Source of the DNA: Thermoproteota archaeon
GTDB lineage: Archaea > Thermoproteota > EX4484-205 > JAAOZP01
DNA: 48,506 nucleotides
Reading direction: 5' to 3'
Assembly (NCBI GenBank): GCA_049700215.1
Contig: JBNAVT010000015.1
Location: forward strand, 1 to 48,506
The position numbers and the translations under genes are program-made. The stretch's first letter is position 1. Each line of letters opens with the position of its first letter. Shown here in pieces: positions 38,384-47,252 of the stretch. The notes under the pieces were generated by a model. It was not told the DNA's origin. It saw nothing but the letters and a program-made list of their open reading frames with translations, and searched no databases.

Positions 38384-38631
38384 CACCGAAGCAGAGGAGT
38401 ATGAAAACGAATCACCCCTACAAGCGTGCGAGCGATGTAACTCACTCTGGTTCCAACAGGGCTGACTCTGGCTTACTCTATCCGGTTGCCGAATAGAACT
38501 TTCCTCGAAATGGAAGTGACTTGGTTTCTAGAAGTCATTTTCATCTCTCCATATCTTCAACAGAATTAACCCCTAGCCAAGTCTTATATTTAGATTTCCA
38601 TCCTTCATTCAACGCTGTCTGACGGCTCAGC

Positions 38632-38653
38632 CATTTAGCGTGCACGCTAAATG
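38632..38653. repeat. Perfect 22-bp palindrome CATTTAGCGTGCACGCTAAATG
   Basis: Equals its own reverse complement. Confidence 0.92.
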
Positions 38654-39133
38654 TTTCCGAGTATGTTCAATGCTAAGACCAGCTCTTCTAGAAGCCTTAA
38701 ACGCTCTGTAGCCGAGCAGGATGACAACCGCATCCAGGAGGAGCATAGCAGCCCTCAGACAAGATCAGATAACCAGAACAATACTTGCCAAACCAGTCGC
38801 GGCGGAAAGCACTGGGACGCGCGCTGGCCTTTTACAATTCCCTAAAACGTCTCGACCCGTCGAGAAGAAACCGGATAATCGTACCGGGAATAATGATGCT
38901 GACAGCGGCCTCTGCCCTATACATGTCGATATTCATGGGCAGCGGTTTCGCTGCTCAAACGATACTACCGCTTAAACAAATAGGAAGAGCGCGCTACTGA
39001 GAAGATGCGGTATTGTCCTTCGCCATCTCATACTTTGGTTTACAGTATTATCGTAGGCTACGAGTTTAGCGCGCGAAAAGGACATTATAATGTCCAAAAA
39101 ATTTAAATATTGGAACACCATAGTATCCTTTGG

Positions 39134-40387
39134 TTGAGCAGTATCTTCGAGTTCAATCCTTGGTAGGAGAGCGGTGGAATAAACAGGGAGTTCGAGAGAC
39201 TCCAGAGGAGGATGCTTTTCAGCGTGTTAAAATCCAGCCTTCAGAGGAGACCGATTGACGTGATAGTCGGATTAAGAAGAGTTGGAAAGACCGTGCTAAT
39301 GTACCATTTGATAGACCATCTTTTGAAAAACGGGGTAGACTCAAAGAGGATTCTCTATTTCTCTTTCGACGTGGAAAGACAAGACATCGGGAGAATCATA
39401 AGGGAATACGAAGAGAGAGTGTTAAAAGCAAGGGTGAATGAGAAACGATGCTTCCTGTTTTTCGACGAGATTCATAAGCTTGCAGACTGGGAAAACAAGA
39501 TAAAAGTCCTTTACGATCTGAACCCGAACGTAAAGATGGTTCTATCAGGCTCCGCATCCTTAAACCTGATGAAAGGAAGCAGGGAGAGCCTGGCTGGAAG
39601 AGTAGTTTTCCACACCCTGTCCCCCCTGAAATACTTAGAATTCCTCAAGCTTAAAGGTGAAAAAATTCCCGATGAAAACGATTTCGAAATCCATGAAAGA
39701 AGGCTCTCCATCTTATTCGGCGAGTACCTGGTAAAAGGCTTCCCTGAAACCCTAGAGATGAGCGAGAGCGAAGCAAAGAACTACGTAAGGGAGCTTGTAG
39801 CGGAAAGAGTAATCTACAGGGATATTCCGGAAAGCTTCAGAATAGAAGACATAGAGATAGTGAGAATCCTTGCAAACTACTGTTTCGAAAACCCAGGGAC
39901 CATCATCAACGTGGACTCCCTTTCAAAAGACCTGGGGAGACACAGGAAAACAATAAGAAACGCTCTAAACTATCTGGAACTCTCGTTTCTGATAAAAAGA
40001 GTCAGCAACCTTAGAAAAAGCCTTCTTGCAAGCAGCAGGAAAAACAAGAAAGCATACCCCTTGCACCAATCCCTCGCAACAACAAGGGATGAAGACAAGA
40101 TTCTCGAAACCACGGTGAGGAGTGAAATCAACGCTGAATACTACTGGAGAAAAGGAAACAGTGAAGTGGATTTCGTGATTAGAAACAAGGAGATAATCCC
40201 GGTTGAAGTTAAAAGCACGGAGGAAGTAAAAACCAGAGACCTAAACCCACTAGTCAAATTCTCAAAGCTTTTCAACGCGAGAAAAGCAGTAGTCCTCTAC
40301 AGAGGAGTGGAAAAAGAGCTCCAGAAAGACGGAGTAAAAATCAGCCTAATACCGATACTAAAATACCTATGCTACCCCAAACCATAG
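39134..40387 (+). CDS. AAA+ ATPase (AAA_14/DUF4143, COG1373-like) with an in-frame TAG near the N-terminus
   Basis: GLRRVGKT, FFDEI, SGS, ESLAGR, GFPE and EVDF...PVEVK motifs. FNPW* at 39152-39166; an intact ORF resumes at ATG 39212. Confidence 0.85.
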
Positions 40388-40640
40388 ACCAGCCAGCACT
40401 CCGTCCCCTAAGAATACCAACTCTCCACCGGCCTATTCAGAAAAACCCTAACATAGGCCTCATCCTTATTCAAAACCCTCACCAAGTCGCCTAAAGAGAA
40501 AACACTAATCCTGGAATCCCGCAGCACCCTAACAACATCGCCGCTCCTACAAAACCACTATAATTCTCATAAATTTAAAGTTATCATTTTTGATAACCAT
40601 AAAACTACGTTTTATCTAGGAACAAAACCTAGCCGAAAAT

Positions 40641-40666
40641 TACAAGCAGGCTGAACCAGATCTTAA
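40641..40666 (+). repeat. Partial copy of the dispersed repeat (26 bp identical to 37471-37496)
   Basis: TACAAGCAGGCTGAACCAGATCTTAA. Confidence 0.9.
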
Positions 40667-40706
40667 GCATGGCCTGGTTACAACATCACTGTCAATGAAA
40701 ATGAAA

Positions 40707-41537
40707 CTAATAGTGGCGCAGCGTGCCCTTCTTCAAAACCTTCCTCTCCTCCCTGGCGAATACCATTATACCTGCAAGCATCCAGGAAACATTGAAAAGA
40801 AACAGGGGTATTAGGAGACCTGTTAACTCACCTAAGCCCCTGTTCATTAGCAGTAGGCTCCTCATCCCTTCTATCGCGTAAGTCGGCGGCAGCAGGTAGG
40901 AGAAGCATCTTAAGACAGGCAGGAGGACGCTTAACGGATAAGATATTGGGAGAAGTAGACCCAGTAGCGAGCTTAGGAAATTTACGAACCCGTTGTGCTC
41001 TTTAAAATCCAGAACTATTCCGGCGAGAGAGAAACCCATCCCTATAAAGCTGGGCAGGGCGATGAGGAAGAATAATAATGCAAGGGGCAGGTTTAAGATC
41101 CTCACGTTCAGGCCGAATACTACTGAAGCCAGGGTTATCTGCGAGGAAACCCATAGGAGGGTCGTCAGCATCGAGCTGAAAGCTTTCCCCAGCAGAATGG
41201 AAAACCTGCTGCACGGTGCTAGGAATGTTGACTCAAGGGTTCCGCTCCACTGCTCGCCTCTTAAAGCATAGCCTATCCCCCACAGGGTTGAGTAGGCGAA
41301 GCTGGAAACTATCATCCCGACTATCGTGAAAGAAACATAGTCTCCGGTGCTAGTCAGCCTCGCCAGGTTGTCAGAGTAAGGCGAGCCCACGAGAGCCATT
41401 CCGTATATCACTAGCGACAGGACCCAGAGCAGAGGCATCAAAGCATCAAAAAGCACCCAAATCGGGTACCTTATGTAAAGCATCAACTCCTTCTTCATCA
41501 CGGCAGCAAGAACCCTCATCTCATCAGTGAGACTCAT
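40707..41537 (-). CDS. ABC-2 type exporter permease
   Basis: EQWSGTLES...P.SR...LLGK motif and ~6 TM helices. Confidence 0.88.
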   Translation of the reverse strand: MSLTDEMRVLAAVMKKELMLYIRYPIWVLFDALMPLLWVLSLVIYGMALVGSPYSDNLARLTSTGDYVSFTIVGMIVSSFAYSTLWGIGYALRGEQWSGTLESTFLAPCSRFSILLGKAFSSMLTTLLWVSSQITLASVVFGLNVRILNLPLALLFFLIALPSFIGMGFSLAGIVLDFKEHNGFVNFLSSLLGLLLPISYPLSVLLPVLRCFSYLLPPTYAIEGMRSLLLMNRGLGELTGLLIPLFLFNVSWMLAGIMVFAREERKVLKKGTLRHY

Positions 41538-41550
41538 GTCCCACCATCCT

Positions 41551-42420
41551 CTAGTAGGCTTCAACCGCACCCCTCCTCCTAACCCTCTTCTCAACAGCGT
41601 TGAATAGAAGCATGCCCAGGATTAGAAACACCAGTGTTGTAGCGGCAAGGTAGGAAAGGGCCATGGCAATATTCAGATAGGGGTTGAACGATGGTAAAAG
41701 GAATGTTCTCACAGCCTCTAAAGCGGGTGTCAATGGGAATACTATGCTTACCATCATGATGTAATAGCCCACACCCCCAAAGAAGAATATGAATGTCCTC
41801 AAAGGATAATTAACCGGGCAGATAATGTATATGAGGGTGTCGACGAAGTTCAATAATGCACCCGGCTCCCTGTACATCAAAATTAAACCGGAGAGCACAA
41901 ACCCAATGCCGTAAAGAGCAAAGATCATCAGCAATACTGCTGAAGCTGCGAAAAACAGGTTCTCCCCCCTTATCCTAGCCCCGAACAACAAGCTGGCCAA
42001 GATGAATTGAACCACCGCGTAGAAAGTAGTTAACACGCTGTCCGACAATGCTTTCCCAAACAGTATGAAAAACTTGTTGCAGGGCGTGACAAGGATTGTC
42101 TCCAGCGTCCCTCCCCACTGTTCCCTCCTCAGGGAGAGCCCCATCCCCCATAAGGCTGACATAACGTAAGCGTAAAGCGAGCTTCCTATTATTGCGAAGG
42201 TTACGAAGTCAGAGCTTCCAGCGAGCTCTCTAAAGGATTCTGAAAACCTTCCTCCGACGAGAGCATGCCCCTGGAATACGAAGGGTGCCAGCCAGAAAAT
42301 CGGCATTATCGTCCAGAAAACAACCCAAAGAGGATACCTGAGGTTGATCAGTATCTCTTTCTTAGCCGTTGAAACAGCAACCCTAAGCTCCAGAATCAGG
42401 TTCCCCGCATCCAAGTTCAA
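41551..42420 (-). CDS. ABC-2 type exporter permease
   Basis: EQWGGTLET...P motif and ~6 TM helices; paralog of the neighbouring gene. Confidence 0.88.
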   Translation of the reverse strand: MNLDAGNLILELRVAVSTAKKEILINLRYPLWVVFWTIMPIFWLAPFVFQGHALVGGRFSESFRELAGSSDFVTFAIIGSSLYAYVMSALWGMGLSLRREQWGGTLETILVTPCNKFFILFGKALSDSVLTTFYAVVQFILASLLFGARIRGENLFFAASAVLLMIFALYGIGFVLSGLILMYREPGALLNFVDTLIYIICPVNYPLRTFIFFFGGVGYYIMMVSIVFPLTPALEAVRTFLLPSFNPYLNIAMALSYLAATTLVFLILGMLLFNAVEKRVRRRGAVEAY

Positions 42421-42919
42421 TCGCCCAACACCCCCCAGTAAGATTCATGAAGACATCCTCCAGCGTTGGCCTCTCTATGCTTAAGGAGAAAATCCTGCAG
42501 CCTGCTTTCGAAAAGACTCCCACAACCTCCTGAATGTTAGCGTCAACATTCTTCATGCATATCCTAATCATGGTCCTACCGTCTTGCTCAACATTGGCTA
42601 CTCTGCAGTCTTCGACAAATGTCAAATTTTCAACCGTGCTCAAAACCCTCTCATCCAGCTTGTTTACAACCATCTTCAAAACCTCGTTCATGCCAATCAA
42701 GGCTTTCAGCCTCTCAGGTGAATCCACGGCGGCTATCCTGCCTTTATTTATAAAGGCGACCCTGTCGCACATCTGGTCAGCCTCCTCCATGTAATGGGTT
42801 GTGAGCAGTATGGTCTTACCCTGTCTCTCGTTAAGCTCCTCTTTTATGAACAACCTTATGCTCCTCGAAAAACCAGGGTCTAGGCCCAAAGTCGGCTCAT
42901 CTAGAAGAAGAACCTCAGC
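42383..42919 (-). pseudogene. ABC transporter ATP-binding subunit, N-terminally truncated
   Basis: Walker B (LLLDEPTLGLD), TTHYMEEA and PTLEDVF are present. Walker A and the signature motif are absent. Homology starts at AGCGCGCGCTA (42917-42927). Confidence 0.85.
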
Positions 42920-43184
42920 GCGCGCTACACAGGAAAAATGACGCTTAAAGACCAGTTGACAAGCCATTTTTAAAGCATGCTTATAAGACGAACTCTGCTC
43001 ATGACATTTAGGTAACTTATGGAACGTAAGCATGTGAACAAAACCTGTTAACACGCGCTAAAATACTCCTTTCTTTTCTCGCCAAGTTACTTAAACATTA
43101 ATCCCTCAAATAGCTCGCGTGAGCGGAGTCAGGGGAAACGAGTTCTCGATTTAAGAATATGGCGTCTAGCCGGTTCAGTATCTT

Positions 43185-43625
43185 TTACATCCAGTACTCC
43201 GGTTTCTCGCTCCTCCTCTCCTTCTCCTCGCCCCTGAACCTCCACAACCCTTCTCCAGGCCTCTCTATCACCAGCATAAGCTCCTCAGCCAGCTTATCAC
43301 TTATAAGGGCTTCAACCTCGATGTGAGATATGACTATGTCCGATAAAACACTTCTGCCTTCACCCTCCTCAGTTAAAACGTTCACTTCAGCTCCAGACGG
43401 TATCTTGTAAACCCTCGTCGGCCCTCCCGCGGTATCGTAGATTTCAACGACCGCTTCCTCAGGCAGATTCGGCCATAGGCCCAGCTGCTCAGCAGCCTTA
43501 ACCGGTATGAGCAATTGAGCAACGGGTGATTCAAACCCTGTATTCACCAATGCCACTGTCTCAAGATACCTGCCATTTTTCAAAACTATCCTTATCCTAA
43601 CCCTTACGCCCACTTTTCCTCTCAC
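43185..43625 (-). CDS. Archaeal clan AA aspartyl-protease-like protein (LVNTGF variant)
   Basis: ALVNTGF, LLIP..A..LG, TAGG and E.LISD motifs. Confidence 0.7.
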   Translation of the reverse strand: MRGKVGVRVRIRIVLKNGRYLETVALVNTGFESPVAQLLIPVKAAEQLGLWPNLPEEAVVEIYDTAGGPTRVYKIPSGAEVNVLTEEGEGRSVLSDIVISHIEVEALISDKLAEELMLVIERPGEGLWRFRGEEKERRSEKPEYWM

Positions 43626-44246
43626 TCAAATACCCGGCTAAATCCCTAGGCTTAATATGTCCAATCCTAGGCCTGCGTCTAACCCATATGTGTCCAACCC
43701 GAACCCTGCGAGCCTCAACCCGACACTCCTGCTCGTTCAAGCCAAAAGTCATTCATCCAGCCGACTAAACACCATACTCGCCACATATAAACCTTAGCCC
43801 GTTCAAACAATCAAGATCCGCCTTAAAACCCCACATTGAAAACAAGTACCCAAACTCCTGGATTCGACAGGCTTAACCACCGATGCAACACCGACAAACG
43901 CGGGCGGTATGCGCAGCAACCTTACCGTTAAGATACAATGCTATATGATCCCATGGCCGTCGCCATCCATCATAATTAATAACATCCCTCTTTAACAAGT
44001 CGGTGATTGATGTTTTCTCCCTAGCGCGCGCTATCCGCGCAAGAAGCAAGAAGAGAATACGACGCCCATAGTATCAGGATGGAACCTCAGCCCCGTGCAA
44101 TATGGCTGTCGACGGCACCCGTCAACGCCAGGACAGCAAATTCCCAATATGCAAACCATGTTCCAACCATAAGACCCGCAGAGCGCGCTACCCCATACTC
44201 CTCTTATAAACACCCCGCAGCCAAAGCTTAAACACAACGGGCTTGT

Positions 44247-44396
44247 AAGCAGGCTGAACCGATACCCAGAAACCGTTAAAACCATCTCGAGCCGGGCTGA
44301 AAACCCGCGTGAAAAAAAGAAGGAAACCCACATAGATTCACAACCATAAAAACAAGCCGTTAAGCCGGAAAAACCATAGTAAAACACCCGTAAAAG
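44247..44396 (+). repeat. Dispersed intergenic repeat, copy B
   Basis: Colinear with 37471-37612, with indels. Confidence 0.85.
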
Positions 44397-44425
44397 CAGC
44401 AAAAAGAGCATAAAAACATAAGTAG

Positions 44426-44440
44426 ACCAATATTTAAATA
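44426..44440 (+). promoter_or_regulatory. Putative BRE/TATA of tbp
   Basis: ACCAATATTTAAATA, followed by a GAGGGG RBS-like sequence before the ATG. Confidence 0.65.
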
Positions 44441-44472
44441 CGCACTAACCCCTTTATAAAGAGGGGGACAAG

Positions 44473-45045
44473 ATGCAGACAACAGCAGAAAAACCCGAAA
44501 AACCAATAGTGGAAATCCAAAACGTAGTGGCATCAGTAATCCTAGACCAAAGAATAGACCTAAACCAAATCGTCAAAAACTTCGAAAACGTAGAATACAA
44601 GCCCGATCAGTTCCCCGGCCTAGTATTCAGACTCGAAAAACCCAAGACAGCAACACTAATCTTCAGCTCAGGAAAAATGGTCTCCACCGGAGCAAAAAGC
44701 GAGAAACAAGCACACGAAGCAGTCCACAAAATCGTGAGAGAACTCCGAGCCAAAAAAATAATCCAGAAAACAAAACCACAAATCACCGTGCAAAACATCG
44801 TAGCATCAGCAACACTACCAGGAAAAATAGACCTCGAACAAGCAGTCGTAAAACTAGAAAGAACAATGTACGAACCTGAGCAATTTCCCGGTCTAATATA
44901 TAGAATGCATGATCCAGACGTAGTTATATTATTATTTGCTTCTGGAAAATTAGTGTGTACTGGTGCTGTGAACGAGCAGATGGTTTACGATGCTGCGGAG
45001 AAGCTGATGGCTGAGCTAATACAGAAGGGTTTGCTAATCAGATAG
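44473..45045 (+). CDS. tbp: TATA-box-binding protein
   Basis: Two repeats of QN.VAS / Y.P.QFPGL..R / L.F.SGK.V.TGA. Confidence 0.97.
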   Translation: MQTTAEKPEKPIVEIQNVVASVILDQRIDLNQIVKNFENVEYKPDQFPGLVFRLEKPKTATLIFSSGKMVSTGAKSEKQAHEAVHKIVRELRAKKIIQKTKPQITVQNIVASATLPGKIDLEQAVVKLERTMYEPEQFPGLIYRMHDPDVVILLFASGKLVCTGAVNEQMVYDAAEKLMAELIQKGLLIR

Positions 45046-45051
45046 TGAACG

Positions 45052-45726
45052 ATGCTTAAGCCATATGAGTTTGACTTTTCTCATCCAGCGTTAAGGAGTT
45101 GTTTTTCAATAGAGTTAGTTAAGAAGTTGAAAAAAGTTAAGGGGGCTTATGATGAGCTTCTTAACCTTGCTGGCGAGCTTGATGAAAAGTTTGTTGAATA
45201 TTGCGGAAAATCCTCTGAGTATGGTCATATATATGGTATAATACGAGACTCTATTGATTCAGGTCTATCGGGTGTTAAAGATATGTTTGATCGGAATTGG
45301 GAAGATTTCTTCCAACATTATCACTTAGAAAGAAGATGTGAAAACTGTGGTGTCTCTTTGCGTGCGGATTCTCCAATCAATAAGGCACATATCATTAGGC
45401 GTCCTTTCTTTAAAAGACAAGGGACAAAAATCTACAGGGATGTTAATTTTGAGCATCATATGGCGAATACACTGATCTTATGTGCTAATTGCCATGACAG
45501 GATTGAAAAGAAGGGAGTGAACCCTAGTAAACGCTTGTTGAACAGGAGAGTAAGATTAAAGGATAGAATGCTGGTCGAATTAGAAGCAGATATTGGCTTC
45601 TTAAATGAGAAAATTTGGGAGATAACAGGATTCCTATTTGAAATTGAAAGCTATGAAAACGAGCTTAGAGAAGAACTTAACCGGAAAATGATGGAAAAGA
45701 TTGAGGAATGGGCTTACAGTTTTTAA
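45052..45726 (+). CDS. HNH endonuclease-domain protein
   Basis: CENC...KAHII...N.LILCANCH pattern flanked by helical/coiled-coil segments. AT-rich. Confidence 0.75.
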   Translation: MLKPYEFDFSHPALRSCFSIELVKKLKKVKGAYDELLNLAGELDEKFVEYCGKSSEYGHIYGIIRDSIDSGLSGVKDMFDRNWEDFFQHYHLERRCENCGVSLRADSPINKAHIIRRPFFKRQGTKIYRDVNFEHHMANTLILCANCHDRIEKKGVNPSKRLLNRRVRLKDRMLVELEADIGFLNEKIWEITGFLFEIESYENELREELNRKMMEKIEEWAYSF

Positions 45727-45828
45727 TAACTACGTGTGCCGCATTCTCTTGTCGCGCGCGCTTTGGTGCCTTTCTATTCAGAATATCTCTCGCTTGTCCA
45801 TTGCCTCAGACCTCTTGATTCATGCGCG

Positions 45829-47220
45829 CTAAAAGGGAAACCGGTGCTCCTTAAGAATATTTATGAATTTTTCCCTAGTTTCCCTAAGCTTTCCAGCAGC
45901 TTCAATGACTTTAAACGGGAAATCGGCATCATCTGAATATTCGATTTCGGTCACTAGTGAGACATCGATAAGGTCTGGTTCTGCTGAGATGCTCGAGTAT
46001 TCATGTGGCGGAATAGGTTTCACCATGAAAATGATGGATGGTTCCCATATGCACTCAACCTGAATGGGAGTTATCTTCAACGAGTCCGCGGATTCTCTTT
46101 CAGTCAAATCGATTAGTGAAGAAAGGATATCTGCTAATAGGGGAGAGAATCTCGTTATTTCATCTAAGTGGGAGCGGTCTAGAAGATATGCGACCGGATT
46201 TATTCTCTCTGTGTTTAACATATCAAGTATTTTTTTAAAAGAGGAATTCGCATGAACTCTTACCATTGTCTCACCCAAGAATAGACCAAAATATATGGGA
46301 GCACTATAAATTCTGAAACGAGGTTTCTCATCCGCTTTCTGCAACTCTGCTCTGACAAAGCCTCCGCACATATCAAACCATTGTTCATCACTCAGTTTCT
46401 GATGACGCCCGGCATATTTGAGATCCGTCACCAGACCCCAACTGGTACCTATCAGTTGAACCATCACGGTCCAGATTGGAAGACCCAACATCCCTTCCAC
46501 TAGGTCTCTGATTACAAAAGCCTTGTCATCCAGACCTAAGTTGTACACTATTTCTTCCCGAACCCTAGTCCATTCTCTCCAGAATTCCCTGATTGCTGAG
46601 GCTCTTTCAATAATCGCTTGAATCCTGTCTTCTTCGTCAGACATCACATGGTAAGGAACTTCTAAATAGAAGCCTTGAGCATCGTGATATTTGATAATGT
46701 TTCGAATTTCTCCAGCAACAATATTCATTTTCAGAGAATACTTATTGCTAATCCTAGTCGCTATCTCTGAAGCCTTCTTGAGAAGAAGATGAGTTAAGGG
46801 ATACTTTGAAGCCAGTTCCTCATCTTCAACTATTTTTTTAATATCAGTGTCAGTTAGACGTCCCTTACTTAGAAAACCTTCATTCATAACTAAATCGTAA
46901 ATTCCTCTATATCTTTGAGAAAGCAGATCCTCGCTTCTAAGAAGAAATGTTTCAACGACGAGTCTGCCATCGGCATTTATTGGATGAGGGAAATGCTGTA
47001 CGTCATGTAGTGACCTGCTTATTTCATCGGATTGCCATAATTCTTTAATAGCATTTTGATCTTCTTTCCCATGTAGAACATCGCTCACTTTTTCTCTATA
47101 TGTTTTGTCTAATATTTTTTCGTTCAGATGAACTCCGTGTTCATCTACTTCATACTTCGTATTAGTCGTATTTTCGAGGATCTGCCTTACCTTTTCAAGA
47201 ATAGAGTTCATAATATGCAT
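45829..47220 (-). CDS. Hypothetical protein, candidate immunity protein (possibly two fused domains)
   Basis: AT-rich and 32 bp downstream of a nuclease-tipped ORF. Weak similarity to 18597-19292. Confidence 0.6.
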   Translation of the reverse strand: MHIMNSILEKVRQILENTTNTKYEVDEHGVHLNEKILDKTYREKVSDVLHGKEDQNAIKELWQSDEISRSLHDVQHFPHPINADGRLVVETFLLRSEDLLSQRYRGIYDLVMNEGFLSKGRLTDTDIKKIVEDEELASKYPLTHLLLKKASEIATRISNKYSLKMNIVAGEIRNIIKYHDAQGFYLEVPYHVMSDEEDRIQAIIERASAIREFWREWTRVREEIVYNLGLDDKAFVIRDLVEGMLGLPIWTVMVQLIGTSWGLVTDLKYAGRHQKLSDEQWFDMCGGFVRAELQKADEKPRFRIYSAPIYFGLFLGETMVRVHANSSFKKILDMLNTERINPVAYLLDRSHLDEITRFSPLLADILSSLIDLTERESADSLKITPIQVECIWEPSIIFMVKPIPPHEYSSISAEPDLIDVSLVTEIEYSDDADFPFKVIEAAGKLRETREKFINILKEHRFPF

Positions 47221-47252
47221 CCCCGTTAATTTTTATAATTCGAGCGATGTTT

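Noticed and set aside
40400-40555. Possible wHTH/AbiEi-like antitoxin remnant on the minus strand
   Set aside because: Short and degraded; the resemblance is too weak to call without a search.
32589-40687. 12-bp match GGTTACAACATC at 32589 and 40676
   Set aside because: Short enough to arise by chance, and one copy is ATPase coding sequence.
42928-43054. N-terminus of the 223-aa ABC ORF
   Set aside because: It is unrelated sequence beyond the junction and has no Walker A.
44031-44411. 126-aa minus-strand ORF
   Set aside because: It overlaps the non-coding repeat, and its composition reflects strand skew rather than coding.
44473-45045. Internal repeat in TBP
   Set aside because: This is the normal two-fold architecture of TBP.
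30979-45831. CRISPR array or integron attC array
   Set aside because: The motif is only 8-14 bp with irregular spacing. I see no cas genes, no integron integrase and no attC R/L box structure.
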